A stretch of 64,000 bases of DNA. Origin: Candidatus Dadabacteria bacterium (GTDB taxonomy: Bacteria > Desulfobacterota_D > UBA1144 > Nemesobacterales > Nemesobacteraceae). The notes under the pieces were generated by a model. The model was not told the origin of the DNA. It searched no databases and saw only the letters and a list, made by a program, of their open reading frames with translations. Both the position numbers and the translations under genes were made by a program. Shown piece by piece: positions 8,362 through 18,289 of the stretch; within the stretch, counting starts at the first letter, position 1; each line of letters starts with the position of its first letter. The DNA is taken from NCBI GenBank assembly GCA_028823955.1, contig JAPPFE010000016.1, positions 12,497-76,496 of the forward strand, read 5' to 3'.

Positions 8362-10164
8362 ATGGCAAGAATCAGAACACTTCCGGATGTACTTGTCTCT
8401 AAGATAGCCGCCGGAGAAATAGTCGAAAGACCAGCTTCCGTAGTAAAAGAGCTTGTTGAAAACTCAATTGACGCCGGGGCAACCAGAATATTCATACACC
8501 TTGAAGCCGGGGGCAAGCGGCTAGTAAGGGTGGTTGATAACGGCCACGGGATGTCCCGTGACGATGCCCTCATGAGCATTGAACGTCACGCCACGAGCAA
8601 GATAAGGGACATTGACGATCTTTTCTCGATAGGAACTCTCGGTTTTCGCGGCGAGGCCCTTCCGAGCATAGCCAGCGTTTCAAGGTTCAGAATGATAACT
8701 GCCGCCGAGGGGTCAGGATCCGGTACCGAAATCTACATTGAAGGCGGAGTCGTAAGGAAGATAAAGGAAACTGCGTCTCCCGTGGGTTCGTCCGTTGAGG
8801 TTAAGAACCTGTTTTTCAACACTCCGCCGCGGCTTAAGTTTCTCAAAAGGCCGGAGACCGAGCTCGGCAGGACTCTTGAAGTTATCCAGCGCGAGGCCCT
8901 TTCACGCCCCGGGGTATCTTTTGAGGTCTCCTCGGATGGAAGAACCATCCATCGCTACGGCGCAAGCGAGTCCTTTGCGCAGCGCGCAGCGCAGATAATT
9001 CCCGGCACGCCGCTTTACCCTGTGGACTTTGAAGACGAGACGCTGGCCCTGCGGGGCTTCCTAGGAAGTCCTCTGGATCCACGCTCCTCTATGCGCAGGC
9101 TCTTTACTTACGTAAATGCAAGACCCGTAAGGGACCGTTTTATAAACAGGATTATAATGGAGTGCTACGGAAGGATGGTTGAAAAGGGGAAATACCCCCA
9201 AGGGGCGGTCTTTATTGAAAGGGATCCCGCCTTGGTGGACGTGAACGTACATCCTACCAAAAGCGAGGTGATGTTCGAGAGCCAGTACGAAGTTGGCCAG
9301 AGCATTCGCCGCGCGATAGGCGGCATGCTTGCCGATGCCCCTTGGATGAAGGCCTACAGGGAAAGAACCCAGAAGGCCCTTGAAGATTTCTACGAGAAGC
9401 AAAAGGATCCCGGATTTTCCGAGAACAAGGGGCACTCCACCACAGGGTCTTCGCTAAAAGCAGCTTCCGCCCAGGTCGCTCACAATCCTGAGTTGGGGTC
9501 TCCACGCCCTCACAACGGCGCTTCCTCTATACCTGAGAAATCTCCGGAGGCGACAGGAGAGGGTATGTTCTCCGGTGGCTTTTATTCAAACCTCAGGTTT
9601 CTCGGACAGGTAGGAAAACTTTATCTCGTATGCGAGGATCCGGAAGGCATCATTCTTATTGACCAGCATGCGGCCCATGAGCGGGTTAACTTCGAGAGAA
9701 TAAAAAAATCCTATCTCGAAGAAGCTTTTTCCTGCTCCCAGAAACTTCTCATCCCCGAAGTCGTCGAACTTACGGTCCGGGAAATCAGTACGGCGCAGCA
9801 GTTTGCAGAAGAAATGGAGAAGCTCGGCTTTGATTTTGAAGTTTTCGGAGAAAACGCGGTGAGAGTGAAATCCGTCCCGGGGTTTTTAAGAGACTCCGAT
9901 TACGTCCGGGTTTTTGGCGACCTGTTTGATGAGCTTGATGGTCTGGGCGGTCCCAAGAGCTTGGAGGAGCATCTTGATGCTGTGTGTGCGACCATGGCGT
10001 GCCACAGTTCGATAACCGCAAACCGAACCCTCTCGGAGCAGGAAGCGCGGACTCTTTTTGCCGATATGGACGCTTCCGAGAATCCGCACGCCTGCCCTCA
10101 CGGCCGGCCGGTAGCGACCCGGATATCGTACAATATGCTTGAAAAGATGTTTAAGAGAACCTGA
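8362..10164 (+). CDS. mutL: DNA mismatch repair protein MutL
   Basis: 600 aa. GHKL N-terminus (KELVENSIDAGAT, DNGHGM, GFRGEAL) and the MutL C-terminal dimerisation domain. Confidence 0.9.
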   Translation: MARIRTLPDVLVSKIAAGEIVERPASVVKELVENSIDAGATRIFIHLEAGGKRLVRVVDNGHGMSRDDALMSIERHATSKIRDIDDLFSIGTLGFRGEALPSIASVSRFRMITAAEGSGSGTEIYIEGGVVRKIKETASPVGSSVEVKNLFFNTPPRLKFLKRPETELGRTLEVIQREALSRPGVSFEVSSDGRTIHRYGASESFAQRAAQIIPGTPLYPVDFEDETLALRGFLGSPLDPRSSMRRLFTYVNARPVRDRFINRIIMECYGRMVEKGKYPQGAVFIERDPALVDVNVHPTKSEVMFESQYEVGQSIRRAIGGMLADAPWMKAYRERTQKALEDFYEKQKDPGFSENKGHSTTGSSLKAASAQVAHNPELGSPRPHNGASSIPEKSPEATGEGMFSGGFYSNLRFLGQVGKLYLVCEDPEGIILIDQHAAHERVNFERIKKSYLEEAFSCSQKLLIPEVVELTVREISTAQQFAEEMEKLGFDFEVFGENAVRVKSVPGFLRDSDYVRVFGDLFDELDGLGGPKSLEEHLDAVCATMACHSSITANRTLSEQEARTLFADMDASENPHACPHGRPVATRISYNMLEKMFKRT

Positions 10165-10252
10165 TTCTTAAGGTTGATGCATTGTGATGGCAAGCGAGAA
10201 TTTCCGAGAAAAATTGCTTTTTGCGAATTCGTAAAGGAGGATCAAATCCGAA

Positions 10253-10822
10253 ATGGCTGTTGTCGACACGAGTGGTTTTCACAAGGGTATGAAGATTGAG
10301 ACCGAAGGGGCGATCTGGGAGATAGTCGAGTACAAGCATTCAAAGATGGCGCAGAGAAGCCCGATAGTTACGGCGAGACTTAAGAATATCGCCACGGGAG
10401 CCGTACGGGAAATGAAATTCCGCGCGGGAGACACGTTTAACGTTCCCGATATCCAGAAAAGAACCATGCAGTATCTCTACAGGGACGATGAGATGTTTTA
10501 CTTTATGGATTCCGAGACTTTCGACCAGTTTCCTTTCAGGGCGGATGCAATAGGGGATACGACGAAGTTTCTCAAGGAACAGCAGGAGGTCACGGTGCAA
10601 ATGCATGAAGGAGAACTCATAGGAGTGGAACTTCCCACGGCCGTTGTCTTCGAGGTTACCCACACGGAACCTGGAGTGAAGGGAGATACGGTTTCAAGTA
10701 CCACGAAACCGGCGACCATAGAAACCGGAGCAGTGGTGGCCGTTCCTCTTTTTATCAATATCGGGGACATGATAAAAGTCGATACGAGAAACGGGAACTA
10801 TCTCGAAAGGGCGAAATCCTGA
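10253..10822 (+). CDS. efp: Elongation factor P
   Basis: 189 aa. KGMKIE...YKHSKMAQRSPIVTARLKN is the EF-P KOW/OB pattern. Confidence 0.9.
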   Translation: MAVVDTSGFHKGMKIETEGAIWEIVEYKHSKMAQRSPIVTARLKNIATGAVREMKFRAGDTFNVPDIQKRTMQYLYRDDEMFYFMDSETFDQFPFRADAIGDTTKFLKEQQEVTVQMHEGELIGVELPTAVVFEVTHTEPGVKGDTVSSTTKPATIETGAVVAVPLFINIGDMIKVDTRNGNYLERAKS

Positions 10823-10849
10823 GCGAAGGCTGCCTATGTTAACTGCGAC

Positions 10850-12151
10850 CTATTTTCCGAAAGGGTCCTCAATTTCCGGATGCCAGAGCTTGAAGTGTTC
10901 TTTGTGCAGGTCGTGGTATGAATCTTTCTCGAAATACTTATCGTAGAATTCAAGATCAAGGTGGTGGGCCTGAAATACCAGCCGTACGAACATCGGGTCC
11001 AGGAAAGCCGGGAATCTCCCGTAGTTCTCATAAACGTAGGTGCAGAAATCCTTCACTATCTGTATTCTGACTTCGGAAGGATGGTATTCGTCACGCAGGA
11101 TCGACGCGGGATCTCTGTAGGGAAACGGATTATCCTCCTTCCAAAACTGACCCCTTACTTCCAGGAACTTGTCGACGGCTTCGCTCATGTCCTCCACGTA
11201 GGGAGGGCAGAGAGATTCGAAAACTCCGTCCCTCCCTACGGGATAAGGCGGGTTTGTGCTCCTGATGCTTTCCTCCGGCTGGACGAACCGGAATCCGAGC
11301 CCTTTGTGGGAAGGGTCTACCCCGAGCGCGTAATGGGGAAGCAGTCCGGTGAAAGTCCAGCCCCCGAGACCCAGGGCCTGCAACGCTAGGTTCATGTTCT
11401 GGCTTATAAAGGCCTGCTCCACATTAAGCGTGGTCAGTACCCTTAATTCTAGGTCGAACAAAGAAAGCCTGACATCGTTTCTTATGTAGCCTTTCTCTAT
11501 CCACTTATCAAGACCGCACGATCTTCCCCCGTTGAGTTCGTCAATAATGTTGAATCCGTACTTGGCCCCGAAGTATATGAACAGAAGTACCATGTACTCG
11601 ACGGTGGTGTTGGTTACCGGGACAAAGAAGGTCGTTCCCGGCTTGTTTGTATTCCATGCGTTAAAGTCGAAAAGGCCAGGTTCTCCCTTAGGAAGATCGG
11701 CTCTTTGGTTCTCAAGGGTAATTCTGCTCGCCCTGAAAAGTTCAACTATTTTTTCAAGCTGTTTTTCCCTGTCAAGCGACATGAAGATGGATGTGTCGGG
11801 GGGTATGAGGTCAAAAAGCCGCACCATGTAAACGCCTTCGTCGTTTGTGTAGAAAAGTTCGGTCGAATGAGAGTTGCAGGAGCACGGCCAGCTTCTGCCG
11901 GTCCACTGGAAAAGCCACGATATGCCGGTTCTCGGAAGATCCCCCAGGGAAAGGCCCGTGGTTCCCGTGCCCGCCCAGATCAAAAAAGCCTCTTCAAGTT
12001 CGGAGAGAGGGACCGGATCGTGAGCGGAACTGTAAGCCAGATTTCCCTCGGGAATTTCCATCCCGAGGCCGAAGCGACGCGATCTTCTTGAGAATATGGA
12101 ATCCAGAAGACTGAAGTTTATGGCTCGTTCAAAGCCTTGCGGGATTTTCAT
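10850..12151 (-). CDS. Nitroreductase-superfamily protein (SagB-type dehydrogenase-like), 433 aa
   Basis: N-terminal LDSIFSRRSRRFG and internal NMNLALQALGLGGWT resemble nitroreductase-fold signatures. The rest is unrecognised. Confidence 0.4.
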   Translation of the reverse strand: MKIPQGFERAINFSLLDSIFSRRSRRFGLGMEIPEGNLAYSSAHDPVPLSELEEAFLIWAGTGTTGLSLGDLPRTGISWLFQWTGRSWPCSCNSHSTELFYTNDEGVYMVRLFDLIPPDTSIFMSLDREKQLEKIVELFRASRITLENQRADLPKGEPGLFDFNAWNTNKPGTTFFVPVTNTTVEYMVLLFIYFGAKYGFNIIDELNGGRSCGLDKWIEKGYIRNDVRLSLFDLELRVLTTLNVEQAFISQNMNLALQALGLGGWTFTGLLPHYALGVDPSHKGLGFRFVQPEESIRSTNPPYPVGRDGVFESLCPPYVEDMSEAVDKFLEVRGQFWKEDNPFPYRDPASILRDEYHPSEVRIQIVKDFCTYVYENYGRFPAFLDPMFVRLVFQAHHLDLEFYDKYFEKDSYHDLHKEHFKLWHPEIEDPFGK

Positions 12152-12197
12152 TTTTCCGCTCTTTTAGGCGGCCTTGCGAAAAACGGCCCGTTTCCGG

Positions 12198-12647
12198 TCA
12201 GTTGTTAAGGGTTTTGCACTCCTCGCAGATTCCGCTGAAAAGCACCGAGTATCCAAGAATCTTGTAATTGTCTATTTGCGGGTCAAGTTCCGAGTAAGCC
12301 ATGGAATCGTCGTAGATGTCCTCTATCTTTTTGCATTTTACACATACGACATGGTGGTGAGGTTCCATGTTGGCGTCGTATCTTGCGGCGTGATAAAGGG
12401 TGTTAACTACTGATATGAGTCCCATTCTCTCGAATGTCTCAAGCGTTCTGTACACGGTGGTAAGGGATATGTTCGGATAGTAGTCCTTTATGTTCTTGTA
12501 GATCATCTCGGTGCTCGGGTGCTGCATGCTTCCCGCGAGCTCCCTGTATATCGCTATTCTCTGAGGAGTTACCTTAAGCCCCAGTTCTTTGCTTCTTTTT
12601 ATGAATTGCGATATCTTGTTTTCGGTTCTGAACTCCGAATTCTTCAT
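12198..12647 (-). CDS. fur: Fur-family metalloregulator (Fur/Zur/PerR)
   Basis: 149 aa. Winged-helix N-terminus, HHHVVCVKC and CEEC metal-binding motifs. Confidence 0.8.
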   Translation of the reverse strand: MKNSEFRTENKISQFIKRSKELGLKVTPQRIAIYRELAGSMQHPSTEMIYKNIKDYYPNISLTTVYRTLETFERMGLISVVNTLYHAARYDANMEPHHHVVCVKCKKIEDIYDDSMAYSELDPQIDNYKILGYSVLFSGICEECKTLNN

Positions 12648-12724
12648 AATCTGCCCCTTTAGGGGGATTAAAACAGACCAGTCTCAGTGTACCTTAAAAG
12701 TTTTTAAGTCTCAAACCGCGCGCC

Positions 12725-13336
12725 ATGGAGAAAACTGTGATTGAGTTTATGAGAAAAAACAGGGTCGTGGCCGTTATCAGGTCCGCCAGTTATGAAAAAT
12801 CTCTTGAATTCGCAAGGGGATGCGTTGACGGCGGGATAAGAATCATAGAAGTCATATCAATCTCTTCAGGTTCTGAAAGACTTCTTCGGGAATTTGCTTC
12901 GCAGGACGGAATATGCGTCGGGGCGGGTACGGTTCTTGACCGTGATTCCGCCGAACGGATGTCTGATTGCGGGGCCCGTTTCATAGTTTCTCCGCACACC
13001 GATCCCGAGATAATCGAGCATTGCCGCAAAAACGGCATTACGGCGATCTCCGGAGCTTTTACATCCTCTGAGATGGTTAACGCCCGCAGCATCGGAGCGG
13101 ATTTCGTAAAGATATTCCCCGCTTCGAGTTTCGGTCCGGATTACGTGAAAGCCATAAAGGAGCCTCTCGGATTTATGGATATCATGGTCACCGGAGGAAT
13201 TACCGTGGATAACATTCAGAGTTATTTCTCGGCGGGAGCCGCGCTTGCCGGGGTGTCTACCGCGCTTTTGGGCGGAGGAGACGACTATCAGTCCATAAAA
13301 CAAAGAGCCGAGGAGTTCTCCCGGTTCTCCACGTGA
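12725..13336 (+). CDS. eda: KDPG / 4-hydroxy-2-oxoglutarate aldolase
   Basis: 203 aa. VVAVIRSASYE...GIRIIEVI...GAGTVLD...FVKIFPA matches the Eda TIM-barrel family. Confidence 0.7.
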   Translation: MEKTVIEFMRKNRVVAVIRSASYEKSLEFARGCVDGGIRIIEVISISSGSERLLREFASQDGICVGAGTVLDRDSAERMSDCGARFIVSPHTDPEIIEHCRKNGITAISGAFTSSEMVNARSIGADFVKIFPASSFGPDYVKAIKEPLGFMDIMVTGGITVDNIQSYFSAGAALAGVSTALLGGGDDYQSIKQRAEEFSRFST

Positions 13337-13710
13337 AAATGGATACAAAGCCGCAGGCAAGGGAGTTTTATCTTGATTCAATAGACGAGGTGTTTGCCGA
13401 GATTTTTTTTCTTTTCGGCGGTGGCTTTGACGTCCGGATGGAAATTGCCTCAGAAACTTCTCTTGTAAGCGCTTCTTTTTCCCCCAAGACTACGGCGGTT
13501 GATCGAGAAGGAGCGGTTGACTTTGAGCTTTGCGCCTTTGAGTGTTCGGGAGTTTCTGCGGAGAATTTAGAGGAGTATCTCGGGGCCCCGGTGCATACAA
13601 GCAGTGCGCTTGAATTTTTTGACTATGTTTTCTCCCAGAGATCGAAAGTTGTCTGCGACGTGGATTTTGCGGGAAACAGCTGGGTGATGGTTCTTGACTG
13701 CTCCCGTTGA
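13333..13710 (+). CDS. Hypothetical acidic protein (125 aa)
   Basis: Open frame overlapping the eda stop. No recognisable motifs. A weak resemblance to the CheX-like fold is unsupported. Confidence 0.3.
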   Translation: MKMDTKPQAREFYLDSIDEVFAEIFFLFGGGFDVRMEIASETSLVSASFSPKTTAVDREGAVDFELCAFECSGVSAENLEEYLGAPVHTSSALEFFDYVFSQRSKVVCDVDFAGNSWVMVLDCSR

Positions 13711-13795
13711 AAATGCCTGTGGCTATGTTCTTTTCAGACGTGCCGATCCAAGGTTGCGGCCGGGCTTAATTCGGCGCGGATAACCGACACGTGGT

Positions 13796-14218
13796 TCAGA
13801 GAACTGCGTTTTCAAGGGATTGGATAAACTGAATCCCGCGGATGTTCTTTTTGGTGAGGCGATTATCGTTTGTAATGAACAGGTCTGCCCGTGCAACAGA
13901 CGCGCACGCGAGCTGTATGGCGTCTGGAGCCTGAATTGAACGGTCCTGGCGGATTTCAGCAAACTTGAGGGTGGCAGGGGAATCAAACGGCAGTACTGTC
14001 GCAGCCGCGGAAATCGCAAGTTCATAAAACTGTGCAAGCTTGTCATTGCCCATTTTCTTGGGTTTGATGAGGATCTCGCCCAGCGTGAGTACCGAGGTAA
14101 GCAGTTTATCTTCGCGTTCAATCATCCGTTGGCGCAATGCCACAACTCGCTCGCTCCGCTCGCTTTTGTCTTCAAAGAGATATATGAAGAGATTTGTATC
14201 CCAGAAAATTCTGCTCAT
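13796..14218 (-). CDS. vapC: PIN-domain toxin, VapC family
   Basis: MSRIFWDTNLFIYLFED... with the conserved acidic residues of PIN nucleases. Its ATG overlaps the upstream gene's stop in an ATGA, which I checked on the sequence at 14215-14218. Confidence 0.75.
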   Translation of the reverse strand: MSRIFWDTNLFIYLFEDKSERSERVVALRQRMIEREDKLLTSVLTLGEILIKPKKMGNDKLAQFYELAISAAATVLPFDSPATLKFAEIRQDRSIQAPDAIQLACASVARADLFITNDNRLTKKNIRGIQFIQSLENAVL

Positions 14219-14724
14219 TGCCATCCCGCACGAAGTTGACTGACGTAGGAGTCCGCGTCTTCTTGGGCCCATATCTCTTTTCCCATGCCACGTAGTGAAA
14301 GTATCGGGTCAACCTCCTCGGTATTGGCGCCTCCTGTATAATCATGATTATACCAGTCGAGCAACTCGTGATACTTCTTTGGAATGTCCTTCTCATTCGG
14401 GGCATTTTTTCCGGTACGAAGATGGTGGTACGGGTCGCCGGGCTTGAACAGGCGACGGCGCCCCTTGGATGTTTCGGTCAGCATTCTGTATCTTCCCGGA
14501 TTGGGGGGCCTGTTGGCTACGCAGTGGAGGTAGGCATGAATCTGCACTCCTGGTCTTATTGGCTCCGGGCCAGCGATTTTCTCGATTTCTGCCTGACAAA
14601 CTATTTCCCTGACAGCAAAGTCTCCTCGGTCGGGGTTTTTTATATGAAGCAGTGCTGTTGCTATCCATACCTCATCAGCGACGAGAACTTTTACCATATT
14701 GCCTCTCCTTATCTTTGTATACAA
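14215..14724 (-). CDS. Putative cognate antitoxin-like protein, atypically large (about 160-169 aa)
   Basis: Directly upstream of vapC and overlapping it by 4 nt. Its C-terminal tail (DPILSLRGMGKEIWAQEDADSYVSQLRAGW) resembles toxin-binding tails of VapB-type antitoxins. The N-terminal roughly 130 aa is unrecognised. Confidence 0.4.
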   Translation of the reverse strand: MYTKIRRGNMVKVLVADEVWIATALLHIKNPDRGDFAVREIVCQAEIEKIAGPEPIRPGVQIHAYLHCVANRPPNPGRYRMLTETSKGRRRLFKPGDPYHHLRTGKNAPNEKDIPKKYHELLDWYNHDYTGGANTEEVDPILSLRGMGKEIWAQEDADSYVSQLRAGWQ

Positions 14725-14789
14725 AGTAAATTTGGCACATTATGATTACAATGTCAATTTGGAGAGGGAAGACGATTTCTATTTATTCC

Positions 14790-15200
14790 CGAGGTAGACA
14801 CCGGCACAGCCGCGGCCCTTTGCCAACGGAACGAGCCCGAAATTCGCGACAGGCCCTCGGGTATGGAATCTGCGGGTTATATCGAACATGGCGGTAAGGG
14901 ACGAGGACCCTGCTGGTGTATCCACCCGGAACTGTACAATCGGCTGAAGGTGGTCAAGGTGAAGTGCGCCGACGCATTGACTGGGAAGCCGCCAAAACCC
15001 GAGTGCTGGGCATTCTGATGGAGCGCGCCCGTCGGAGTGAGCCGGGCTTGAGCAATAAAGAGATTCGGCAGATCACCCGCTTTGACCGCAACCAGGTGCA
15101 CCGGTTAATGACCGAGTTACAGCAGAAGAACCCTGACCTTAACCCTCCCGGACGAGGCAGATGCGCGCGACATGAGTTCAAAAAATGCTCACGTTAATGC
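14790..15200 (+). pseudogene. Degenerate, frameshifted remnants of a winged-helix DNA-binding domain gene (RecG-like/AlbA_2-type C-terminal wHTH)
   Basis: Two frames carry wHTH-like pieces that each end in a GKGRG / GRGRCARHEF-like motif (IEHGGKGRGPCW, and LSNKEIRQITRFDRNQVHRLMTELQQ...NPPGRGRCARHEF). There is no intact upstream domain and local GC is higher. Confidence 0.3.
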
Positions 15201-15244
15201 TGACCGGCGTTGCTGTTTAGGTTCGGAATTCCTGAAGCCTGGAT

Positions 15245-16363
15245 TTAGAATCTCTCCAGAATTTCGTAGTAGGTGTTTCTCTGCGCGGGATTGAACCCGG
15301 CGCTTCTTATCATGTGTACCAGTTCATCCACGGTCGAGCGGATTTTGTTCTCCGCGCATCCCAGAACGTTTTCATCGTAAAGAGTTCCGCCGAGGTCGCT
15401 CGCGCCGTAGTGCATGGACATCGAACCCATTTTCTTTCCCTGGGTGAACCACGAACCCTGAACATGCTTGAAGTTGTCAAGGAATATCCTGCATACCGAG
15501 AGAACCCTGAGGTATCTCTCCCCGCCGACCTCGTCTTTTATTCTTTTTTCAAGCAGGGTGTTTTTCGGCTTGAACGTCCAGGGGATAAACGCCAGAAAAT
15601 TCCCGGTTTCGTCCTGAAGTTCCCTTATTCTCAGCAGGTGCTCGACTATGTCCTCGTCCCGCTCAAGGTGGCCGAACATCATGGTCGCGGTCGTCTTAAA
15701 GCCCACGAGGTGGGCTTCCCTGGTGATTTTCATCCAGGTGTCGGCATCTATCTTGAGAGGGCTTATCGCTCTTCTTGTCCTGTTCGTCAGCACCTCTGCT
15801 CCGCCTCCCGGTATTGTTCTCAGTCCCGCGTCCCAGAGGCTTTGCAGCACGTGTCTTGTGTCGAGGTTCTCATACTTGGCAATTGCGGCTATCTCCGGGG
15901 CGGAGAAGGCATGGAGATGAAGTTCCGGTATCTCTTTTGTGACCCTTTCTACTATATCTATATAGTAATCAAGCTTGAGTTCCGGGTTGTGTCCGCCCTG
16001 CAGAAGAACTGTAGTGGCGCCGTTGTGGTAGGAGGCGCGCATTATTTCGATTACCTTGTCGACGCTCAGGGTGTAGGCGTCGTAGGCGCCCGGCGGTCTC
16101 CAGAAGGCGCAGAAAAGACACTCGGTGTCGCAGACATTCGTATAGTTGGGGTTTGTATCCGCCACGAAGGTCACTATGTTTTCTGGATTAAACCTTTTTC
16201 TTACGATATCGGCTAGGGAACCGAGCTGGAGCAGGTCGGCCTTTTCGAGAAGCAGGGCGGCTTCATCGGTCGATATCCGCTTACCTTCAAAAACCTTCGC
16301 GTAGATGTTTTTGAGCGAACTCATAGAGAAAATTAATAAAGCTAATAGCGTGGACAAAGTCAA
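15245..16363 (-). CDS. Radical-SAM enzyme of the futalosine menaquinone pathway (MqnC/MqnE family)
   Basis: CDTECLFCAF (Cx3Cx2C) with a preceding NPNYTNVC motif. The length and TIM-barrel pattern fit MqnC/MqnE/CofH relatives. The start may be the internal Met at about 16324. Confidence 0.7.
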   Translation of the reverse strand: MTLSTLLALLIFSMSSLKNIYAKVFEGKRISTDEAALLLEKADLLQLGSLADIVRKRFNPENIVTFVADTNPNYTNVCDTECLFCAFWRPPGAYDAYTLSVDKVIEIMRASYHNGATTVLLQGGHNPELKLDYYIDIVERVTKEIPELHLHAFSAPEIAAIAKYENLDTRHVLQSLWDAGLRTIPGGGAEVLTNRTRRAISPLKIDADTWMKITREAHLVGFKTTATMMFGHLERDEDIVEHLLRIRELQDETGNFLAFIPWTFKPKNTLLEKRIKDEVGGERYLRVLSVCRIFLDNFKHVQGSWFTQGKKMGSMSMHYGASDLGGTLYDENVLGCAENKIRSTVDELVHMIRSAGFNPAQRNTYYEILERF

Positions 16364-16536
16364 TTCCGCAAGAGGTCTTTGTCTTCGAAATGGGTAGTGT
16401 TTTCTCCACTGTGTATTTTAAATCCATTTTTGTTATTCTGTTTGAGAGGGTTCTGCCCAGTGGTATCTGGCGCTTTTCCCTTCCGAGACTGGTACACACC
16501 CGGTTTCGGAACCGAGGATTGGTATTTGTTCCAGGT

Positions 16537-18289
16537 GAGTGGTTTGAGAAAATTTCCTAAAAAAAAGCTTTTTCTTCTATCTTTTCTCTTTCTTTGTCTT
16601 TCCTGCAGCGGCGTGGGACTCTTTGTCGGCCCCGACAGGGGTCTTGAGAGTGTAGACCGGGAGAATGCGTATTATCATTTTACGCTTTCGGCGTTTTACT
16701 TGGAACAAGGGGACCTGAAACATGCGCTCCAAAGCCTTGAAGAGGCGGAACGGATCGATCCCAAGTCTTCTGAAATAAAATACCGTCTCGCTCTGATTTA
16801 CACGGTTCTTAATATGCGCGAGAAGGCCGTTGCCAAGTTCACCCAGTCCATCGTTCTTGATCCGTCAAACTCTCCGGCTTACAGGGATATTGCCCGCATC
16901 TATCTCGCGTCCCCTGACGAAGCCATGAAGAAAAGGGGCAAGAAATTCCTGCTCAAGGCAGCTGAGATCGATTCCGGGGACAAGGAAACCTATCTGCTTC
17001 TTTGCGCGACTGAACTGTATTCCGGAGATCTTGAGAAGGCGCAGAAGTACGCCGAAAAGAGCCTTTCAATAAGCCCTAAAGATGTTACGGGTTACTTCTA
17101 CCTTGGAAGCATCGCTTCCAGAAGAAACGATCTGGACACCGCGGTAAAGCACTACAAGAGGGCCCTTGAAATTCAACGGACATACTACCCCGCTTTTGCC
17201 GGGCTCGTTGAAACCCTTGAGAAAGCGAAAAGAATCGAAGAGGCGATAGAGCAATACGAGTCGGCGATCAGGAAATTTGCTCCTTATCGCGATCTCTTTA
17301 TTTCTTACGGGAACATGCTTTACCGCCACCGCAGGTTCGAAGAGGCCATAAAGCAGTACCACAACGCGGAGGCCGCGGACCCGGAGAATCCCGAGATCAG
17401 CTTCAGAATCGGTCTTCTGTATCTTGAAAACGGCAGTTACGAGGAAGCTATCGGAGAACTAAAACAGGTTTTCGAACGTCTGCCTGCACATCTTGGGGCA
17501 AAATACTACTCTGCCGTCGCTCACACCAAGCTCGGGCAGTATTCCCAGTCAAGGATGCTTCTCGATTCCATACCCCAAAGCTCCGATTTCCACATAGACG
17601 CAGTCGTCCATGGAGCATACATACATGAACTTGAGGGCTCAGCACAGAAAGCGATCAATATACTGAGAGAGCTTCATGAGAAGGATCCGTACAATCCCAA
17701 GGCCGTGAATTCTCTGGGTGAAATCTACGGAAGGCAGGGGAGACAGGAGGATTCGATCTCTTTATACGGCAGGTATCTTGAAAAGTACCCCGATGACGAA
17801 TCCGTTCTGTATTCGCTCGGCATTTCGTATTACTACAGCGATCGCATACCGGAAGCGCTTTCGGTAATGGAGGATATAGTCAGCAGGAATCCGCGGAGTT
17901 TCGATGCGATGAATTTCATCGGGTACACATATGCCGAGCGGGGAGAAAAACTTGATTACGCCGAGGAACTCATTGTCAAGGCTCTTGAGCTTGCTCCCGG
18001 GCGGGCTTACATAATCGACAGCCTGGGGTGGGTTTACTATCAGAAGGGCGATTTCACCAGAGCCCTCGAGTATCTGCTTCGCGCCTCGGAAATCCCTCCT
18101 CCCGATGCGGCCATTCTGGATCACGTGGGCGATGTGTATGAGAAACTCGGCAAAAGAGAACTCGCGGTGGAGAATTACACGAAAGCCCTTGAACTCCTGG
18201 ATTCCAAGAAACTGGTTACGGTTGAAGACAGGAAAATCCGCGCGAGGCTTCAAGAAAAGCTAAAGGAATTCAGGCGCGATGAGGCATAG
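16537..18289 (+). CDS. TPR-repeat lipoprotein
   Basis: Lipobox LSCSG after a hydrophobic leader, followed by many TPR-like repeats (AYYHFTLSAFYLEQGDLKHALQ..., ...AYIIDSLGWVYYQKGD...). The start is probably GTG or TTG near 16537-16546, not the track's 16379. Confidence 0.7.

Noticed and set aside
15314-16216. 300-aa plus-strand ORF inside the radical-SAM gene
   Set aside because: Antisense to a gene with clear Cx3Cx2C and family motifs, so it is a frame artefact.
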